From Candidatus Coprovivens sp. (lineage in GTDB: Bacteria > Bacillota_I > Bacilli_A > RF39 > UBA660), in assembly GCA_051892935.1 (NCBI GenBank), contig JBJFGS010000035.1:1-10462 (forward strand): DNA of 10,462 nucleotides. The letters run 5' to 3'. Under the pieces are notes generated by a model. It was given only the letters and a program-made list of their open reading frames with translations. It did no database searches and was not told where the DNA came from. This document shows positions 6,449-10,462 of the stretch, piece by piece; positions within the stretch are counted from its first letter, which is position 1; the number at the start of each line of letters is the position of its first letter. A program made the position numbers and the translations under genes.

Positions 6449-9400
6449 TTGAGAAAACAAAAGTATAGATCTTTTTTAGCAACTATTTTATTAACAATTA
6501 TATTTAGTAATTACTTTACATCTGTATTTGCAATAGAAAATATAGAGCGGGAACCAGTATCAATAGATAGTGAATTAAATGTTAGTAATGAAGAAGCTCA
6601 AGGAGATAATTCTCTTACTAGAAATGGAACTTTAAATAATTTAAATCCAATAAAGAATTTTAGACTTGAAAAAGTAACCAGAGTTTCAACAGGTAGTGCT
6701 GGATTTGATACAAATGATGATCCCGGAAATGATTCTAGTGCTACTAATAATATTGTAAGATCATTTGATATATTAGCTTATGAGATGACTTATTCTGGTG
6801 AAACTTCTGGAAGTGATGTTGAAATGGAATTTGAATTATCTTTAAATGTATCAAAAAAATATGCAGAGTTTGATATTGATGTATTGTCAGGATGGATGAC
6901 AGATATTGTTCAAGAAGATATAGGTGGAAAGGCTGTATTAAAAGGAAAAACTATATATAGCCCATCAAATAAAGTAGGAATTCAGAGTTTTAGTGAAACA
7001 AAGGCAGTCTATATTAAAGTCAAAGGAATGCTACAGGGAGAAGAAGTTATTCCAAAGTTTAAAGTTAAGATAGCATCAGATAATTCAGCAGATGCTTGGA
7101 AAGAAAAAGTGATGAGCTTAGATAATGAAAAAGCTATTGTTTCTGCAGCACCATTCTTTGATATAGAATTAATATCTGAAAAGAAGTTAGGAACTTTAAG
7201 TACTTATGATTTTTCAACTGGTAATTCAGGTGCACCTAATAAGAGCTCTGGAAATATATATGGGCGATTAATGAATTTTGGAGTAGCTGTTAGATTAAAG
7301 TCACCTGATAATAACAAAGGAATGAAGGGGTTTTACATTCCAAGAGATGATGTTGATATTACATTCAAAATAACGCCTAGAATAGAAGGCGACAAAACAA
7401 ATACTATGAAGGCACTTTTATGGGATTATAAAACCAATAATAATGCAACTCGAACTGGACAAAATGGACGAGATTTAACAGCAGGTGGAGATTCTAGTAG
7501 TATATTTGCTACTACTATACCATTAACTGATAATAATGATAAAGGAAAAGACTATTCAGTAAATAATGGTGGAAATATAAATATGTCTCAAAATCCTGAT
7601 GGAAGCATAAGTGTAACAATTTCTGGAGCATCATTATATGATCTTAATGGTAATATACATGCTCCAACAATGAAAGGGGATAAAGTAGGGCAGATAAGTC
7701 CTACACCATCACAAGGTAATGTTTATCTTTCAACTATGTTTTTTGAATTAGTTGCTCCTGTTGAAAAAAATGCTACAAATACTATTAATTATACATTAAT
7801 TGTTTCAGATGAAGGGATGAATGTTCCCTATAAGGATGCTACTGGAAGAGTATCAACTACAACAAATGATGATCAAACAGTAAAAAATAATGATAATATA
7901 AGCATATTTTATAAGACAGAATCAAAGGGTAGTTATGGAATATTTCATTATTATGTAAAGGAAAATCAACAGAAGTTATTTTGGTCAGATAATTTATCAA
8001 CTAGTAAAAGTGGAATGGGATTAGATGCATATGCATTGCAGGGTAATAAAGTACAAGTAGTAGGTACTTTTAGTTATGAGGGAGATAATATAAATAAAAA
8101 TTTAAATGCTGCCAATATATTAATGAGAATAGATGATGAAGCAATTCAGCCAAGTAATGATGCTGGAAGTGGAAATCCTACAAGTAATAGTTTTAGATCA
8201 AATGTTAATGTTAAATTATTATATGCAGCAAAACCTGGAGGAACTGGATGGGTATCAGATGATGAAATGAAGTCCACAAATGAAGAAGATTTAGAATATT
8301 TCAAATCTATGTCTGATCTAAAAAAGAGATATCCTAATGGTGTTTGTGTTGCAGTATTGGCTGAAGCTAGAAATATAAGCAATTTATCACCTGCCACACA
8401 GTATGGTGTAGGATTTAATGTAGATATATTGGAGAATGCTAATCCTAAGGTATATCAATTTGTTCAAACAACAACTTTTTATGATGACTCAAAAAAGTTA
8501 ACTGTAAATGATAGTAGATTAAATAATAGTGAGAAACTTAAAGATTATACTGATAGATTAAGAGCTCAAAATGTTTATGAAAAAGCAGTTTATAATGAAA
8601 GTGGAGTCACTAATGCTTCAAGTGCAAATTCAAGCTATGTTAATGGTGCTTCGCTTTTAGTTGTTGGTGTTGAAGCAGGTGTTGAAAAAACAACTTCAAA
8701 TGGACAAACAACATTTGATTTATCAAGTGGTGTTTCATATATTCCATATAAAATTAAACCGATGGTGAATGTTTCAAAAAATAAGATTGGTACTAATATT
8801 ACTGAAGTTAAAGTTACGGATATACTACCAGCTAATCTTAAAGTAACAAATGATACAAAATTTTATTATGGTGACAATGAAATTACCCCTACATTAATAG
8901 AAAAGCAAGGAGATGGCACAACTAAAATAATATGGACTCTTAAAAACGTAAAGACAGGTATAAAATTACCAGAAATAACGTTTAATGCTGAAATAGATAT
9001 AGAAAAGATGGACTTAAGTAAAGCAAAGCATGAAGTTGAAACTAATACTTATATAGATGCTAAAGGAGATGACCGTGTATTTAATTCAGAATGGGCTTCA
9101 AATCCTAATCATGATACAGTAAGAGTTACACTAATTGCTAATAGATCATTAAATCTATCTAAAAGTGTAGATAAGACAGTGTCAGAAACAAATAATGATA
9201 TTAATTATAATATCTCTTTTACAAATACAAATAATGTAGAATTAGCAAATTATAAAATGGTAGATATTTTACCATTTGATGGAGATGGTAGAGGTAGTTC
9301 TTTTGATGGTACATATAAAGTAAATGCTAGATTAAAAGCTCCAGCTGAACTTGATTTATATGTATCAACTGATTTGGGAGTACGTGGAAAAGATGCAGAA

Positions 9401-10462
9401 TCCGTAACTGATAATCTATTTAAAAAGGTTAATCCATCTAGAGAAGAAAATGGATATAAATACTATGAATTTAATGAGAAAATATATGCTTTAATGGTAA
9501 AGGGTAAAATGCCTGTTTATAAAAACTATATCCTTGATATTACATTATCTCCTGAAGGAAATAGTGGAAATAATATTTATGCTAACTCAGCTTCTATGAA
9601 AGCTGATAGTTTAAATAAGTTAACAACTGCTATTGTTAAAACTGAAATTATAGAAAGAAAGCTATCTGGGATTGTATGGATTGATGACAATAAAAATAAT
9701 ATTATTGATTCAAGTGATAGAAAGTTAAGTAATTTAAAAGTTAAATTATATCATCTTAATAGTGTTACAGGATTAGAAGAAGTAGCAAGAGATTCACTTG
9801 GTAATGAAGTTGTAACAACTACAGATTCACAAGGATTATATGAGTTTAAAAATTTAAATTCTGGAGAGTATAGAGTAGAATTTTTAGATGAAAATGGGAA
9901 CCCTATTTCTCTTAAAGATTATACAGTATCATCAAAAAACTCTGGCTCAAATGCAGCTATAAATTCTAAAGCTGATCAAAAATCAAATAATAATGGAGAA
10001 ATGATAGCTGCTGAAATTAGCAATATTGAATTACCATCATTAGAAACTATGAAAAAAGATGGTATTAAAATCTACACTAAAGAACATCAGAACTTAGGTC
10101 TCTCTCGTATAACAGTAAATAAATCTGTAAGAAAGATTTGGAATGATAGTAATAATACAGATAGAATTAGGCCAGCAAGCATAAAAGTACAACTTTTAGC
10201 AAATGGGAAAAATCAAGGAGCTGAAGTTGTATTAAATGAAGCTAATGGCTGGCAATATACTTGGAATAACCTACCGAAGAAAGCAGCAGGTAGAGATATT
10301 GATTATACAGTAAAAGAAACAGTTGTAGTAAATGGATATACAGTAAGTTACACAGATGATGGAACTGGAAATAGCTTTACTATTACAAATAGTTATACAC
10401 CTGAAGTTGTAAATAAAGTAGTAACAAAGGTTTGGGATGATAACAATAATCAAGATGGACTT
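6449..10462 (+). CDS. Large secreted/cell-surface adhesin (MSCRAMM-like) with CnaA/DUF11-like, SdrD-B and Cna-B domains; 3'-partial, at least 1338 aa
   Basis: AAAGGAGG RBS and TTG start. I read the frame as open to the window end. Signal peptide MRKQKYRSFLATILLTIIFSNYFTSVFA. VEKT..VTDILP and LSKSVD..VDILPFDGDGRGSSFDG..YANSA at about 8680-9650. SdrD-B LSGIVWIDDNKNNIID..TTTDSQGLYEFKNLNSGEYRVEF at about 9655-10100. Cna-B VRKIWND..RPASIKVQLLANG..W.YTWNNLPK..YTVKE..ITNSYTP at about 10110-10400, with a second repeat beginning VTKVWDDNNNQDG. Confidence 0.92.
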   Translation, partial: MRKQKYRSFLATILLTIIFSNYFTSVFAIENIEREPVSIDSELNVSNEEAQGDNSLTRNGTLNNLNPIKNFRLEKVTRVSTGSAGFDTNDDPGNDSSATNNIVRSFDILAYEMTYSGETSGSDVEMEFELSLNVSKKYAEFDIDVLSGWMTDIVQEDIGGKAVLKGKTIYSPSNKVGIQSFSETKAVYIKVKGMLQGEEVIPKFKVKIASDNSADAWKEKVMSLDNEKAIVSAAPFFDIELISEKKLGTLSTYDFSTGNSGAPNKSSGNIYGRLMNFGVAVRLKSPDNNKGMKGFYIPRDDVDITFKITPRIEGDKTNTMKALLWDYKTNNNATRTGQNGRDLTAGGDSSSIFATTIPLTDNNDKGKDYSVNNGGNINMSQNPDGSISVTISGASLYDLNGNIHAPTMKGDKVGQISPTPSQGNVYLSTMFFELVAPVEKNATNTINYTLIVSDEGMNVPYKDATGRVSTTTNDDQTVKNNDNISIFYKTESKGSYGIFHYYVKENQQKLFWSDNLSTSKSGMGLDAYALQGNKVQVVGTFSYEGDNINKNLNAANILMRIDDEAIQPSNDAGSGNPTSNSFRSNVNVKLLYAAKPGGTGWVSDDEMKSTNEEDLEYFKSMSDLKKRYPNGVCVAVLAEARNISNLSPATQYGVGFNVDILENANPKVYQFVQTTTFYDDSKKLTVNDSRLNNSEKLKDYTDRLRAQNVYEKAVYNESGVTNASSANSSYVNGASLLVVGVEAGVEKTTSNGQTTFDLSSGVSYIPYKIKPMVNVSKNKIGTNITEVKVTDILPANLKVTNDTKFYYGDNEITPTLIEKQGDGTTKIIWTLKNVKTGIKLPEITFNAEIDIEKMDLSKAKHEVETNTYIDAKGDDRVFNSEWASNPNHDTVRVTLIANRSLNLSKSVDKTVSETNNDINYNISFTNTNNVELANYKMVDILPFDGDGRGSSFDGTYKVNARLKAPAELDLYVSTDLGVRGKDAESVTDNLFKKVNPSREENGYKYYEFNEKIYALMVKGKMPVYKNYILDITLSPEGNSGNNIYANSASMKADSLNKLTTAIVKTEIIERKLSGIVWIDDNKNNIIDSSDRKLSNLKVKLYHLNSVTGLEEVARDSLGNEVVTTTDSQGLYEFKNLNSGEYRVEFLDENGNPISLKDYTVSSKNSGSNAAINSKADQKSNNNGEMIAAEISNIELPSLETMKKDGIKIYTKEHQNLGLSRITVNKSVRKIWNDSNNTDRIRPASIKVQLLANGKNQGAEVVLNEANGWQYTWNNLPKKAAGRDIDYTVKETVVVNGYTVSYTDDGTGNSFTITNSYTPEVVNKVVTKVWDDNNNQDGL

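Noticed and set aside
8339-8356. Lone cysteine as a thioester (TED) domain
   Set aside because: The context GVCVAV lacks the [YF]C-hydrophobic motif, and no TQxxxW motif was seen.
8146-8397. - strand 83-aa ORF
   Set aside because: It is a shadow of the adhesin CDS.
10271-10453. - strand 60-aa ORF
   Set aside because: It is a shadow of the Cna-B repeat.

Overview
Very AT-rich, Clostridium-like (inferred from composition and gene types) accessory region, probably from a plasmid or island. The left 5.4 kb is a mosaic. It holds an IS66-like end, a frameshifted HNERGAGRK/HTH pseudogene, a signal-peptide start fused to an IS256 transposase remnant, and an intact small serine resolvase with its res/promoter region. 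Next come a small membrane protein, a PadR + HAAS/VanZ-like membrane protein operon with a perfect operator palindrome, and a truncated, frameshifted GHKL kinase. There is also a probable IS66 left-end remnant and two short palindromes that look like collapsed IS ends. Two small hydrophobic-peptide genes have structured leaders, one with a clear RBS-sequestering hairpin (type I toxin-like architecture). After about 1 kb of AT-rich intergenic DNA, a large secreted adhesin starts at 6449 and runs off the window; it is missing from the ORF track. It has at least 1338 codons: signal peptide, unassigned N-terminal region, two CnaA/DUF11-like domains, an SdrD-B domain and Cna-B repeats. No rRNA, tRNA or CRISPR array was seen. 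Family assignments come from motif recognition, not database searches.
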